DNA of 64,000 nucleotides, from contig CAVXZB010000006.1 in NCBI GenBank assembly GCA_963765895.1, forward strand, positions 1 to 64,000, given 5' to 3'. The stretch's first letter is position 1. The number at the start of each line of letters is the position of its first letter. This DNA is from an uncultured Nitrososphaeraceae archaeon (GTDB lineage Archaea > Thermoproteota > Nitrososphaeria > Nitrososphaerales > Nitrososphaeraceae). This document shows, piece by piece, positions 62,928-64,000 of this stretch. Below the pieces are notes generated by a model, which saw nothing but the letters and a program-made list of their open reading frames with translations, did not search any database and had not been told where the DNA came from. The translations under genes were made by a program, and so were the position numbers.

Positions 62928-63509
62928 TTAGTTTCTTTTAGGCTCAAAGTGAAGCTCAACTATTCCAGAGTCAAATGGCGTAGATTTTATCATGGTGAAC
63001 TTTTGGACCGCTTTCAAATCTTTGAATATTGCCATGCCGCTTCCAATAACGGCAGGATCGATTAACAAATGAAATTCGTCAATTAGTCCTGCTTTAATTA
63101 AGGAAGAATCAAATGTGGCCCCACCATACACGATGATGTCCTTACCACTTTCACTCTTTAGCTTCATGATTTCGTCCGTAAGGTCGCCTGTTGCAAGAAC
63201 CGTATTCACCCATTTTGATATTTTTAGCGTTTTTGTAAAAACAACTTTTGGTGTTTCTATCAACTTTTTTGCAAACGCATACGATGGGTCACCAGGTTTT
63301 GTCATTATATCTGACCAATATGAAATGAAACCATCTGTCATTTTTCGACCTAAAATAATTGTGTCAACAGATTCAGTTGATTCAAATATATAATTTTTGA
63401 GCTTATCATCAAAGTCCCAAATCATCCAGTCCATCTCACCATTAGGCCCTGCGATGTAGCCATCTATGGACATTCGCACTTGCAGTTTTAACTTTCTCAA
63501 ACTCTTCAC
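62928..63509 (-). CDS. Dihydrofolate reductase family (RibD C-terminal-like) protein
   Basis: MSIDGYIAGPNG, ILGRK, KVVFTKTL, IIVYGG, GLIDEF, PAVIGSG. Confidence 0.93.
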   Translation of the reverse strand: MKSLRKLKLQVRMSIDGYIAGPNGEMDWMIWDFDDKLKNYIFESTESVDTIILGRKMTDGFISYWSDIMTKPGDPSYAFAKKLIETPKVVFTKTLKISKWVNTVLATGDLTDEIMKLKSESGKDIIVYGGATFDSSLIKAGLIDEFHLLIDPAVIGSGMAIFKDLKAVQKFTMIKSTPFDSGIVELHFEPKRN

Positions 63510-63539
63510 ACCAAATATTATGACGAATTTTATAAACTT

Positions 63540-63776
63540 TCAGGTATTTCTCGTGAACAAGTTTGGATTCAGCGTAGTCCACCAGGAAGTGGTGCTCCTG
63601 ATCTTGGAGTAATTAGTATAGAGACAGAGGATCCAACAAATACAATGAAAGAATTTGCTACATCAAATCATCCATGGGCTATAAAGTTTCGTGAATATGC
63701 AAAGAGAGCATTTGGTATAGATTTTTCTGGTCCACCACCTCCACTCAATGAAATAATAGTTGATTGGTATAAGTAA
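63540..63776 (+). pseudogene. 5'-truncated hypothetical protein
   Basis: Frame GISREQVWIQRSPPG...FGIDFSGPPPPLNEIIVDWYK* with no start codon before GISRE; abuts the promoter of the divergent DHFR-like gene. Confidence 0.6.
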
Positions 63777-63900
63777 AAATAAATAATTAAAGTAGCAGTA
63801 ATAACAAAAGCAATGCTTAGTATCTAACCAATAAATGATTGTGCTTAAAATCAGGATGTAATGAATTGTCTTAAAGTATAGACTAGAATTGCCTAATGAT

Positions 63901-64000
63901 TTACTGTTTAGCAGAAATTTGAGCGATCAATTCTTTAATCATCTTCAACTGTTCCATTATTAATGTGAAAAATAGTAATTCGATCGTATATCGTTCGCCT
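63901..64000 (-). CDS. C-terminus of a hypothetical protein entering from beyond the window
   Basis: GERYTIELLFFTLIMEQLKMIKELIAQISAKQ*. Confidence 0.5.
   Translation of the reverse strand, partial: GERYTIELLFFTLIMEQLKMIKELIAQISAKQ

Overview
AT-rich archaeal DNA whose gene families (F420-type LLM and PPOX oxidoreductases, PsbP-like and cupredoxin exported proteins, NikR-like RHH regulator, many stand-alone receiver domains, RTX-repeat relics, TATA boxes about 25-30 bp before start codons) point to a soil ammonia-oxidising archaeon (Nitrososphaeraceae). This assignment is inferred from protein families, not from a marker gene. I see no rRNA, intact tRNA or CRISPR array. The window is an accessory region in heavy decay: over 20 genes carry frameshifts or in-frame stops, and gene fragments fill the spacers; some breaks may be assembly indels. 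The best candidate for an undescribed system lies at about 30-58 kb. It combines paralogous multi-pass membrane proteins with a conserved non-kinase cytoplasmic tail, one divergently paired with a secreted WWQW/GPVWFLA protein, and seven stand-alone response regulators with no histidine kinase, most sharing a Cys pair. Also notable: an unannotated 44-aa protein with 10 Cys, two otherwise unrelated proteins sharing a WxNxFWKPW C-terminal motif, a compound microsatellite one base from fusing two ORFs, and an IS5-family element inserted exactly in a stop codon.
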